A stretch of 64,000 nt of DNA from Verrucomicrobiia bacterium (GTDB lineage Bacteria > Verrucomicrobiota > Verrucomicrobiia > Limisphaerales > UBA11358): NCBI GenBank assembly GCA_035776755.1, contig DASTWS010000006.1:6777-70776 (forward strand), written 5' to 3'. Of the stretch, positions 20,235 through 29,006 are shown piece by piece. The position numbers were made by a program, and so were the translations under genes. Positions within the stretch are counted from its first letter, which is position 1, and each line of letters opens with the position of its first letter. A model generated the notes under the pieces. The model saw only the letters and a list, made by a program, of their open reading frames with translations. It had not been told where the DNA came from and ran no database searches.

Positions 20235-23200
20235 TTACAAATACGCCTCGATCGGCTCGGCGCCGAGCGTGCCGGAAAGTTTTTTCAAATAATCCGGCGC
20301 TTCAACTTCGGCGAGCATTTTTCGCGCGCCGGTCAATTTATCGGAAATCTTCATCCGTTCGGCAATGTCCTGATGGCTGGGCTTGCGGAGAAACGCGTTC
20401 AAGTAATCCACATGCCGCCGCCACAAAGCGCGGTCCACTTTTTGTTTGGCCGCGAGGCGCGCCGCATACCAATCGCTGGCCAAAAGATTTTCCAGCGTAA
20501 ACAGGTTCCGGAATGCCGCGTCGTTCAGCGTTTTTCCTTCCCACGAATCGTTCAGCATGATGTGCAGGAGCGCTTTGAGTGGCGGACAGGCCTGCGCAAT
20601 GCTGCCGTCGTTGAAATACATTTGGGCGACGCGTTTTTGCGTGGCGATGATGTTGTCCATGCCATCGGCGAAAATGTCCATACTTTGCAATTCCGGCTTG
20701 AGCATTTCCGGCGTGAAGACGGCATGCGGATGGTTGAACACGCGGCCGAAGAAATGATGGACGAAACGCAAATTGATGCGGTAGCCGAGCCGGCTGGCGA
20801 GAATCTTTTTCCCGTTGTGCTCGAAGTCCTCGAGTTTTTCGAGGAAATGTTCGGCGACGAGAAATTTCGGGTCGCGTTCTTCCGGCGACATCCGGCAGAA
20901 AATTTCCGGCACGATCAAACTGATGTCGTGATCCACGCGGCACTTCGGGCCGACGTAACCGGCGGCGGTCACAAATCCATTATGGCCGGTCAACACGAAG
21001 GAAACGAACGCATTGTTCAAATCAATGATCGGCGGCAGCGCGTTGAACGGGCCTTTTGTCAGCGCGCCTTCGGAACCCGCGCCGGTGGTGGACGGCGATT
21101 TGCCGGTCATGCTGCAAATGAATTCCATGAACAGCTCCGGCAATTCCATGTAATGAATCGGATTGTAACACGCGAGCGAGCGGATGCCGGCTTCGGGCGG
21201 ATTGTTGCGGCGTCCGGGCAGCACGGCGGCGACGGGTGCGAAGACGGTTGAACCGCGCGACACGCGGCGTTTCAAGCGCGCGGACATTTCGCCGAGATAA
21301 CTTTCGTGCGGGTTGACCAAATCCGGCCGGCGCTGCAAATAACGCGGATTTTTCGTCGGTTTGCCGTTCACCATTCGCGGATGCGCGGTGGAAACGAAGT
21401 AGCCGTTGCCGCCGTTGGCCGCCACGCCGCGGATGAGCGACTGCATCGCGTCGGTGAATTGATAAAAATTGATGGCGTCCTCTATCAATTCTTTGGCGCA
21501 TTCATTTTTTAGCGGTTCGTAATTGGAAAAGAAATTGTCCGGCTGCGCAAAATCCTTTTCGGTGATTTTATCGTAACCGCGATGGATGGCATCGTCGGGA
21601 CGCTGGAACAATCGCTGTTCGGTGTTCTTGACGAATTTGTAGGCGAAATGTTTTTCGACATCGGGAATATTTTCCAGGCGCGAGGCCGGGACGATCGTCG
21701 AAGCGGTGATATCGTCTTCCTCCTGGACTTTGACGGCGGGATGAAAATCTTTTCGCAAACCGAACGTGCGCCACAAGCCGTCCGAATCAAATCCCACGCG
21801 CAAATAGGTTGTGACCAATTTGCGGTTGTTGCACTTCAATTCATTTCCCGGAACGCCGTTGATGATGTCCACGCTGAAATGTTCGCGCCAATTGTCGCCC
21901 CATTCCGGCTTGTAATAACGTTTCACGACGAAGACCAATTCCTTGAGATATTGCGGCACGGTTTCGAGCCAGGAATTGTATTCGGGTTTATATTCGCGTT
22001 TATCTTCCGTCAGCAGTTTGATGACCGAGCCGAGCGAACGTTCCATCGAAAGAACCGGCCGGCTGTCGCCTTTGGGATGGATGAACCGGTCGGAATAATC
22101 GCGATGGATGATTTCGGCTACTTTGTCGAAATCACGTTTGAAATCGGATACAAACACCGGGCCGGTCAAAATCGCGTCGGTGATGGGCTTGGAAATTTCG
22201 GATTTGCCGCCGCCGGAAACGGTGCAGGGTTTATGGCATAGCAACCCTTCGGCGGTGATGCCGACGAGCCGCCATTGCCGATACGCGCCCGGTGGCTTTT
22301 CCATGCGGACTTTGTAGCCGGACGGACGGACATACGTTTTGTCCGGCTGCAATTTGATGCTGTGTTCGCCGCTCTCATTCGTCCAAAAGATCTTTTGGCT
22401 CTTTAAATCAAAATGCGCCGTTTCGGGAACATAAATGATTTCGGGAAACTTTTTATCAACGGCATAACCCTCCGGACGCAATTCCATCAGGTCACTGTAG
22501 AGCGAAATCATTTCGCTGAAGCTATGTCCCATGCGTTTGACGTGGGCGTCGCCGCTGAATTCTTCGCCCAAATCGTAAGCCGAAAAAACCAGCGCGCCGC
22601 CGGCATGTTCCTCCTCGGCATTGCCGAAAAGATTTGCCGCGTAGCTGATCTGCGTCTTCACCTCTTTTTTGCAATAGCCGTAATAATTATCGGCGATGAG
22701 GGTGACGATGACGCCATTTTGGTCCCGGCAGGTGAGCTTGAACGCGCCGCCATTGTTGTAAAGTTCGTCCTCGTTTTTCCAGCACATGCCGTCGCGCTTC
22801 TGGCGTTCAGTGGCCTGGTCAAAATGCGGCAGACCGGCGGCTTTTTTCGTTACGCCGACCAGATGTGGCGCGAGAATGACGCAGCCGGTGTGCCCCGACC
22901 AATGTTCCGTGTCGAGCGCGGAATCGTTTTCCGGCAACAGCGGATCGCCGCCGTTTCCGAAAATGCTTTCGACAAAATCCAGATTGCTGACGAGATTTCC
23001 CGGCGCGAAGAAACGCACTTCCATCGTTTTCTCCGGCGTAAATCCGGAAACTTCCGGGCAAACGATCGGGCGCAGCAACAGCGAGACAAAACATTCCGCC
23101 GGATTTTTTTGCGTGGCGGTGAACGGCAGTCGCATCAAATCACGCGGCGGATTGAGCGCGAGCGCGAGCATTTTGGCGAAAGTGATTTTCGGGACGCCGA

Positions 23201-23657
23201 GTTTGTCATCAGGAATCGGCAGGCCGCCCTCCGTGACATGAAAAATTCCCTGCGTCGTGCGGCGGTCGCTTTTGGGATTGTGCAGCACGCCGTTGGCGCA
23301 GCGGTAGGAATTGATGATTTGCGAGCTGAATTCAGCGCGGTCAACCGGCAGCGACAGCACGCGCGCCAGGCCGGGGCGATCCAGCGTAAAGGTCCGCGAA
23401 GGCAATTTTGGGACCGGCGTGTCTTCCAGATAATCGAAGAGAAATGTCTGGATGCGTTGGTCGGCGGGACAAAGGTATTGGCCGAGCAACCGGTCTTTTT
23501 CCTGGTATTGCGCCGCGAGCGCCGTGAGGGTCTCGGACGATTCGGCGCCCCCCTCGGTCTTGACCGGTTCGCTGCCGAGCAGCACGAGTTTGACATTGAT
23601 GTGTCCGATTAAATGCGCGGGCGTCGGATTGGATTTTGTATCTGCGGTTAAATTCAT
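20235..23657 (-). CDS. 1140-aa protein, probable PPi-dependent phosphoenolpyruvate carboxykinase (PPi-PEPCK family)
   Basis: The size and several stretches match my memory of the Propionibacterium/Entamoeba PPi-PEPCK family: GLARVLSLPVD..F, NGVLHNPKSDRRTTQGIFHV, HTGCVILAPHL, ADNYYGYCKKEVKTQISY. Not verified by search. The start overlaps the alpha-E gene stop (ATGA). Confidence 0.45.
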   Translation of the reverse strand: MNLTADTKSNPTPAHLIGHINVKLVLLGSEPVKTEGGAESSETLTALAAQYQEKDRLLGQYLCPADQRIQTFLFDYLEDTPVPKLPSRTFTLDRPGLARVLSLPVDRAEFSSQIINSYRCANGVLHNPKSDRRTTQGIFHVTEGGLPIPDDKLGVPKITFAKMLALALNPPRDLMRLPFTATQKNPAECFVSLLLRPIVCPEVSGFTPEKTMEVRFFAPGNLVSNLDFVESIFGNGGDPLLPENDSALDTEHWSGHTGCVILAPHLVGVTKKAAGLPHFDQATERQKRDGMCWKNEDELYNNGGAFKLTCRDQNGVIVTLIADNYYGYCKKEVKTQISYAANLFGNAEEEHAGGALVFSAYDLGEEFSGDAHVKRMGHSFSEMISLYSDLMELRPEGYAVDKKFPEIIYVPETAHFDLKSQKIFWTNESGEHSIKLQPDKTYVRPSGYKVRMEKPPGAYRQWRLVGITAEGLLCHKPCTVSGGGKSEISKPITDAILTGPVFVSDFKRDFDKVAEIIHRDYSDRFIHPKGDSRPVLSMERSLGSVIKLLTEDKREYKPEYNSWLETVPQYLKELVFVVKRYYKPEWGDNWREHFSVDIINGVPGNELKCNNRKLVTTYLRVGFDSDGLWRTFGLRKDFHPAVKVQEEDDITASTIVPASRLENIPDVEKHFAYKFVKNTEQRLFQRPDDAIHRGYDKITEKDFAQPDNFFSNYEPLKNECAKELIEDAINFYQFTDAMQSLIRGVAANGGNGYFVSTAHPRMVNGKPTKNPRYLQRRPDLVNPHESYLGEMSARLKRRVSRGSTVFAPVAAVLPGRRNNPPEAGIRSLACYNPIHYMELPELFMEFICSMTGKSPSTTGAGSEGALTKGPFNALPPIIDLNNAFVSFVLTGHNGFVTAAGYVGPKCRVDHDISLIVPEIFCRMSPEERDPKFLVAEHFLEKLEDFEHNGKKILASRLGYRINLRFVHHFFGRVFNHPHAVFTPEMLKPELQSMDIFADGMDNIIATQKRVAQMYFNDGSIAQACPPLKALLHIMLNDSWEGKTLNDAAFRNLFTLENLLASDWYAARLAAKQKVDRALWRRHVDYLNAFLRKPSHQDIAERMKISDKLTGARKMLAEVEAPDYLKKLSGTLGAEPIEAYL

Positions 23658-24691
23658 TTGTTCGGCTGCGAACGAAACTGTTGTTGCTGCTCTTCCTGCT
23701 GCACCATGATTTCGTCCTCCAAATTGTTAAATTGCTGGAAAATATAAGCATCGAACAGCGCCGAGCCAATATCATTTAATTTCGATTGGAGCGTATCCAG
23801 GTAGTGGTGAAGGCCGGCCGCAAAGATTTCATCAATCGTGTTGAATTGCAATTCCGCCACGAGGCGCCCGGCCAACTTCTCGGCCATGTTGCAAAAACGC
23901 CCTTCCGGGCACCCGGAGATCTGGCGCAGAGCATGATTCATTTCATTTACGCAAAAACGGACCGAGCGCGGAAACTCGTCGCTGAACAGCAAAAATTCCG
24001 CGACATATTGAGGATGCACTTCCGCGCCGTGGATGGTTTTGTAGGCGTCCCACGCGCTGCACGAACGCAAAACGGCCGACCATTCCAGCGCGTTGGCTTC
24101 GCTTACCGTCGTCGGCACGCCGCGTTCCGGCAGCGTTTCATAACGCACATCCAGAATGCGCGATGTTTTATCCGCGCGTTCGAGAAATTTTCCGACCTGG
24201 CCGAACCACCAGCCTTCGTTTCTGATCAAGGTGGCGTAGCTCAAACCGATGAGATGCAGCGAAGCCATCTTGATCTGCTGAAAAAATTCGCTCGGACTTT
24301 CTTTCCAAACCCGGCGCACGTCCGGCGTTTTGATGAACCAATAGAGCCGGTTCAGCTCCTCCCAGAATTCAATCGTGATCTGGTCGCGCACCATTCGCGC
24401 GTTTTCGCGGGCATGACAAATGGATGAGAACAGCGAATTCGGATTTTCCGGCTGGAACACGAGAAATTCGGTCACCGCTTGTGCCGTCGCTTTTTTATGC
24501 AACAGAAAAAATTGCGTTTCGTCGCCGGTCGTTTGCATGATCGGCAGCCAGTATTTCGCCAGGCGCTCCTCATCAAGATTCCGGAAATCCAAGAGCAATT
24601 GCAGGTTCACGTCCACGATGCGCGCGATGTTTTCCGCGCGCTCGATGTAACGCGACATCCAGTAAAGTGAATTGGCGACTCGGCTTAACAT
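23654..24691 (-). CDS. alpha-E domain-containing protein (DUF403)
   Basis: MLSRVANSLYWMSRYIERAENIARIVDV is the hallmark alpha-E N-terminus. It lies downstream of a circularly permuted ATP-grasp gene, as in the conserved cluster. Confidence 0.8.
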   Translation of the reverse strand: MLSRVANSLYWMSRYIERAENIARIVDVNLQLLLDFRNLDEERLAKYWLPIMQTTGDETQFFLLHKKATAQAVTEFLVFQPENPNSLFSSICHARENARMVRDQITIEFWEELNRLYWFIKTPDVRRVWKESPSEFFQQIKMASLHLIGLSYATLIRNEGWWFGQVGKFLERADKTSRILDVRYETLPERGVPTTVSEANALEWSAVLRSCSAWDAYKTIHGAEVHPQYVAEFLLFSDEFPRSVRFCVNEMNHALRQISGCPEGRFCNMAEKLAGRLVAELQFNTIDEIFAAGLHHYLDTLQSKLNDIGSALFDAYIFQQFNNLEDEIMVQQEEQQQQFRSQPNK

Positions 24692-24698
24692 GATTGGG

Positions 24699-24722
24699 TT
24701 GAATCGTTGAATCGTTGAATCG
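24699..24722. repeat. tandem octamer repeat (TTGAATCG)x3 in the ATP-grasp/alpha-E spacer
   Basis: Directly read: three perfect TTGAATCG copies plus a partial one. CAATTTAAG and ATTTAAC words follow at 24761-24778. Related copies occur at 28965-28996 and 38044-38110. Confidence 0.8.
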
Positions 24723-24790
24723 TGAAATAGAACAGCCGGCCTCTATGCGAGCCAATGTAACAATTTAAGCATTTAACGATGTAACGCATT

Positions 24791-26266
24791 TCATTCGTCT
24801 CCATACAAAACCCACGTGTCTTTGCTGCCGCCGCCTTGCGATGAATTGACGACGAGCGAGCCTTTGCGCAGCGCCACGCGCGTGAGGCCGCCGGGCACGA
24901 TGGAAATTTTTTCGCCGTAAATGATGTAAGGCCGCAAATCAATGTGCCGGCCTTCGAAGGCCGCGCCGTCGATGTGCGTCGGATGGCGGGAAAGTGAAAT
25001 CGTCGGCTGCGCGATGTAATTGCGAGGTTCGGCTTCCACGCGTTTGCGGAATTCGGCGATTTCCTTTTTCGTCGCTTTCGGCCCGATCAACATTCCGTAA
25101 CCGCCGGATTCATTGGCGGCCTTGACGACGAGTTGTTCCAAATTGTCCAAAATATATTTCTTGTCCGCTTCCTCGTTCGCCAAATACGTCGGCACGTTTG
25201 GGATGATCGGTTCCTGGTCCAAATAGTATTTGATGATTCGCGGCACGAAGTAATACATCACTTTGTCGTCGGCGATGCCCGTGCCGATGGAATTGGCAAG
25301 CGAAACATTTCCGGCGCGATAAGCGTTGACGAGGCCCGGAACACCGAGCATCGAATCGCGGCGGAAAACGGTCGGGTCAATGAAATCATCATCCAGCCGG
25401 CGATAAATGACGTGGACTTGCTGCAACCCCTTCGTCGTGCGCATGAAAACACACGCATCGCGGACGACGAGGTCGCGGCCTTCGACGATTTCGATTCCCA
25501 TTTGCCGCGCGAGATAGGTGTGCTCGAAGTAAGCGGAATTGTAAGCGCCGGGCGTGAGCAGCGCGATGGTCGGTTCCGCAATTCCGGCCGGCGCGATATA
25601 GTTCAGCATCTTCAGCAATTCCTGCGGATAATGCTCGACCGGGCGCACGCCGATCTTTTCAAAAATATTCGGAAATGTGCGCTTCATCATGCGGCGATTT
25701 TCCAGCACGTAACTCACGCCGCTCGGGCAGCGGCCGTTGTCTTCCAGCACGAGATAATTGCCTTTGGCATCGCGGATCAAATCCGTGCCGCAAACGTGGA
25801 TGTAAATGTCGCGCGGCACGTTGAAGTTTACGAACTCGCGGCGGAAATGTTTTCCCGACAAAACGTAAAACGGCGGGATGACGCCGTCCTTCACGATTTT
25901 TTGCTCGTGATAAATGTCGTGAAGGAACAGATTCAGCGCGGTGATGCGTTGAGCTAGGCCGCGTTCCAGAAACTCCCATTCTCTGGAAGGAATGATCCGC
26001 GGCAACGGATCGAACGGAAAAATCTTCTCGGCACCGGCGGAATCGCCGTAAACGTTGAACGTGATTCCCTGGCGCAGGAAAGCCAGGTCAACGGATTGGC
26101 GTTTGTTTTCGAATTCCTTCGAGGTGATGCACTGGAAGAGGTCGCGGAAATGTTTGTAATGCGGGCGAAGGCCGTTTTGGTCATCCAACATTTCGTCGAA
26201 AAAACCGTCGCAATCATACCCTTCGAGTAAGCGTTTGACAGATTGACTTTTTGACTTGGTGGCCAT
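24791..26266 (-). CDS. circularly permuted type-2 ATP-grasp protein (DUF404/DUF407)
   Basis: 491 aa. The family-typical segments [36 protein letters not shown] and VVK...[11 protein letters not shown] are present. Confidence 0.85.
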   Translation of the reverse strand: MATKSKSQSVKRLLEGYDCDGFFDEMLDDQNGLRPHYKHFRDLFQCITSKEFENKRQSVDLAFLRQGITFNVYGDSAGAEKIFPFDPLPRIIPSREWEFLERGLAQRITALNLFLHDIYHEQKIVKDGVIPPFYVLSGKHFRREFVNFNVPRDIYIHVCGTDLIRDAKGNYLVLEDNGRCPSGVSYVLENRRMMKRTFPNIFEKIGVRPVEHYPQELLKMLNYIAPAGIAEPTIALLTPGAYNSAYFEHTYLARQMGIEIVEGRDLVVRDACVFMRTTKGLQQVHVIYRRLDDDFIDPTVFRRDSMLGVPGLVNAYRAGNVSLANSIGTGIADDKVMYYFVPRIIKYYLDQEPIIPNVPTYLANEEADKKYILDNLEQLVVKAANESGGYGMLIGPKATKKEIAEFRKRVEAEPRNYIAQPTISLSRHPTHIDGAAFEGRHIDLRPYIIYGEKISIVPGGLTRVALRKGSLVVNSSQGGGSKDTWVLYGDE

Positions 26267-26461
26267 TTTGCGACACTTCTGCTTTGGAACCGAAATCCGC
26301 TTTTAGGCTGAATCACCTGTAAAACGATCTGTTTTTGCCTGCGCTATCGCAGAACTCACCCCACAGTTTCGTGTTCCGTTGCGGTATCTTTAGCAAACGG
26401 CTTGCCGCCCGCCAAAACATTTCCGAAATCGTCACGGAATTGTTTCTGCGCCGTAAAGCGC

Positions 26462-26490
26462 TTGACCTTTGGTTGCATTGCAGATTTAAT
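26462..26490 (+). promoter_or_regulatory. candidate sigma70-type promoter for the mreB operon
   Basis: TTGACC (26462-26467), a 17-nt spacer, then TTTAAT (26485-26490). This lies about 20 nt upstream of the mreB ATG. Confidence 0.35.
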
Positions 26491-26510
26491 TCGCGCGTTA
26501 CTAGGCATTC

Positions 26511-27539
26511 ATGTTTGCGCAATTTAAAAGCCTGTTTTCCAACGATATTGGAATAGACCTCGGCACTGCCAATTCCCTCGTATATGTCGGGGGCCGCGGC
26601 ATTGTTTTGCGCGAACCTTCTGTGGTCGCCGTCGAAGCCGGCACGACGAACGTGCTCGCCGTCGGCGAAGAAGCCAAACGCTGGCTGGGACGCACTCCCG
26701 GCAACATCGTGGCCATCCGCCCGATGAAAGACGGAGTCATCGCCGATTTTGAAATTACCGAAGCGATGCTCCGCCATTTCATCAAGAAGGTTCATCACAA
26801 AAAATTAATCGCACCACGAGTTGTGGTCGCTGTGCCTTCGGGCATCACAGAGGTTGAAAAGCGGGCGGTAAAAGATTCCGCAACCCATGCCGGCGCGCGC
26901 GACGTCATTTTGATTGACCAGCCGCTCGCCTCGGCCATTGGCGTTGGCCTGCCGGTGCATGAACCGGCGGGTAATATGATCGTGGACATTGGCGGCGGCA
27001 CTTGTGAAATCGCAATCATCTCGCTGGCCAACATCGTCTTCAGCCGCAGCCTGAGGGTGGGCGGAGACGAATTCGATCAAACAATCATCGCGCACATGAA
27101 GCGGGCCTATAACATGATGATAGGTGAACGCACCGCGGAAGAAATCAAGATACGCATCGGCTCCGCATTTCCTCTCGAAGAAGAATTGACTATGGACGTC
27201 AAAGGCCGTGATTTAAGCTCCGGCCTGCCAAAAACATTAACCATCCGTTCCGAGGAAATCCGCGAAGCATTGCAAGAACCGTTCGCGAGCATTTTGGAAT
27301 CCGTCCGTCTTACGCTCGAACGTTGTCCGCCCGAACTGGCCGCCGATCTGGTAGATCGCGGCATTGTGATGGCTGGCGGCGGCTCGTTGTTGCGCGGCAT
27401 CGACCGGCTTGTGGCCGAAGAAACCGGCTTGCCGGTGCATTTGGCGGACGACCCGATGAGTGCCGTGGCTGAAGGAACCGGCCGGGTTCTCGAACAACTT
27501 GAATTCATCAAGAACCAGGCCATGCGCCCGAAGTATTGA
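26511..27539 (+). CDS. mreB: rod shape-determining protein MreB
   Basis: [14 protein letters not shown]...[16 protein letters not shown]...[14 protein letters not shown] are unmistakable MreB motifs. Confidence 0.95.
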   Translation: MFAQFKSLFSNDIGIDLGTANSLVYVGGRGIVLREPSVVAVEAGTTNVLAVGEEAKRWLGRTPGNIVAIRPMKDGVIADFEITEAMLRHFIKKVHHKKLIAPRVVVAVPSGITEVEKRAVKDSATHAGARDVILIDQPLASAIGVGLPVHEPAGNMIVDIGGGTCEIAIISLANIVFSRSLRVGGDEFDQTIIAHMKRAYNMMIGERTAEEIKIRIGSAFPLEEELTMDVKGRDLSSGLPKTLTIRSEEIREALQEPFASILESVRLTLERCPPELAADLVDRGIVMAGGGSLLRGIDRLVAEETGLPVHLADDPMSAVAEGTGRVLEQLEFIKNQAMRPKY

Positions 27540-27584
27540 TTCTGCAGAAGCGTTTGCCTGCGCGCCTGAAAGGGCGCTTGCAGG

Positions 27585-28388
27585 ATGTTCAGAAAAAAAC
27601 ATTATATCGCGCTCGGCGCGGTGTTGCTCGCGGCAGTGCTGATTCTAAGCCTGCCGACGCGCGCGACTTCGCGGCTCAAGCTGGCCTTCAGCAGTTTGTT
27701 TTTACCATTGTTCGGCCTTTCCAATGGCGCCCGCGAATTGCCGCCCGCCCTGGCCAACAGCGTTCTTCCGCGACGCGAATTACTCCACGAAATTGACCGG
27801 CTCGAACAGACCAATCAGGAATTGAAAGTCCTGCAATTGCAGGCCAATGCCGTCGCAAAGGAAAATGAACAGCTCCGTGCCGCGCTCGCCTGGCAACGAC
27901 AGCAGCCGTGGAAATTGAAATTGGCCAACGTCATCGCCCGCGATCCCGCCAACTGGTGGCGCACGATTCAAATTGATGCCGGATTTCTCGACGGCGTCCG
28001 CGCTAATTTACCCGTGCTGACCACGGACGGTTTGGTCGGGCGGACGATTGCCGTCGAGCCGCACCGCTCGCAGGTGATCTTGATTGGCGACCCGAACTGC
28101 CGCGTTTCCGCGCTCGTGGATGACCCGGCGCGTGACATCGGCATTTTGAGCGCGAGCGGCCCATTGGACAATTCCTTCGCGCAACTGACCTATCTTTCCG
28201 GCAACGCAACGCTGAAAGCCGGCCAAAAAGTTTTCACGAGCGGTGAAGGCGGCGTTTTTCCGAAAGGAATTCCCGTGGGCCAAATCGTGGACGCGCAACA
28301 GGTCGATTTCGGGCTTTATACCGAGGCGCGGGTCAAATTGTCCGCCGATTTCGGTTCGCTGGAACGGGTATGGGTGTTGCTGCCATGA
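27585..28388 (+). CDS. mreC: rod shape-determining protein MreC
   Basis: Position after mreB, N-terminal TM, coiled-coil LEQTNQELKVLQLQ, and a C-terminal beta-domain with GLVGR...SGLGGVFPKGIPVG-like segments. Confidence 0.8.
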   Translation: MFRKKHYIALGAVLLAAVLILSLPTRATSRLKLAFSSLFLPLFGLSNGARELPPALANSVLPRRELLHEIDRLEQTNQELKVLQLQANAVAKENEQLRAALAWQRQQPWKLKLANVIARDPANWWRTIQIDAGFLDGVRANLPVLTTDGLVGRTIAVEPHRSQVILIGDPNCRVSALVDDPARDIGILSASGPLDNSFAQLTYLSGNATLKAGQKVFTSGEGGVFPKGIPVGQIVDAQQVDFGLYTEARVKLSADFGSLERVWVLLP

Positions 28389-28945
28389 ATTTATTAAATT
28401 CCATTTTGATCCTGGCCATGACGTTCGTCTCGGTTTTTTTGGAGGCCACGTTTCCGGTCACACGGCATTTGTTCGGGGCGCAGGTTGACCTGCTGCCGGC
28501 GCTGATGGTTTGCGCGGCTTTCACGACGGATTTGATCACCGTGGCGCTGGTGGCAATTTTTGGCGGATTATGGTTCGATTCGCTTTCCGCCAATCCATTT
28601 GGCATTTCCATTTTGCCGTTATTTGTCATCGGATTTCTGATTTCACTTTGGCGCGATCTGATGCTGCGTGAATTGCCGTTTGCGCAACTGTTTCTCGGTG
28701 CGGCGGCCAGTGCGGTTGCGCCGGTGATGACGGTTTTGCTGTTATTGAGCGGTGGTATCCAGCCGTTGCTCGGATGGGGTTCGCTTTGGCAGTGGATCGT
28801 GATGACTGCCGGTGGCGCGGTGGCCACGCCGCTTTTATTTTTGATCCTGGAAATGTGCAACGATGCGCTCGGCTACAAATTAAAATCGCAGACCAGTTTT
28901 CGTTCCGACCGCGAAATTTTGAGGACCACGAAATTTAAGAAATGA
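28385..28945 (+). CDS. mreD: rod shape-determining protein MreD
   Basis: Small polytopic membrane protein directly after mreC. ATG 28385 overlaps the mreC stop (ATGA). Confidence 0.65.
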   Translation: MNLLNSILILAMTFVSVFLEATFPVTRHLFGAQVDLLPALMVCAAFTTDLITVALVAIFGGLWFDSLSANPFGISILPLFVIGFLISLWRDLMLRELPFAQLFLGAAASAVAPVMTVLLLLSGGIQPLLGWGSLWQWIVMTAGGAVATPLLFLILEMCNDALGYKLKSQTSFRSDREILRTTKFKK

Positions 28946-28964
28946 AATTCGTTAAATTGGATGC

Positions 28965-28996
28965 CGATTCAACGATTCGACGATTCAACGATTCAA
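28965..28996. repeat. tandem octamer repeat (CGATTCRA)x4 immediately upstream of the PBP2 start codon
   Basis: Directly read: CGATTCAA CGATTCGA CGATTCAA CGATTCAA. It is preceded by GTTAAATTG. This is the reverse complement of the 24699-24722 repeat. Confidence 0.8.
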
Positions 28997-29006
28997 CGCC
29001 CAAACA

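Noticed and set aside
26313-26798. 161-aa minus-strand ORF spanning the mreB promoter and 5' end
   Set aside because: It is antisense to the unmistakable mreB coding sequence. The non-overlapping part is ordinary divergent-promoter DNA.
28965-28996. Whether the octamer tandem repeats represent a CRISPR array or minisatellite
   Set aside because: The units are only 8 bp with no spacers and at most four copies, so this is not CRISPR. It is reported instead as a short dispersed intergenic element.
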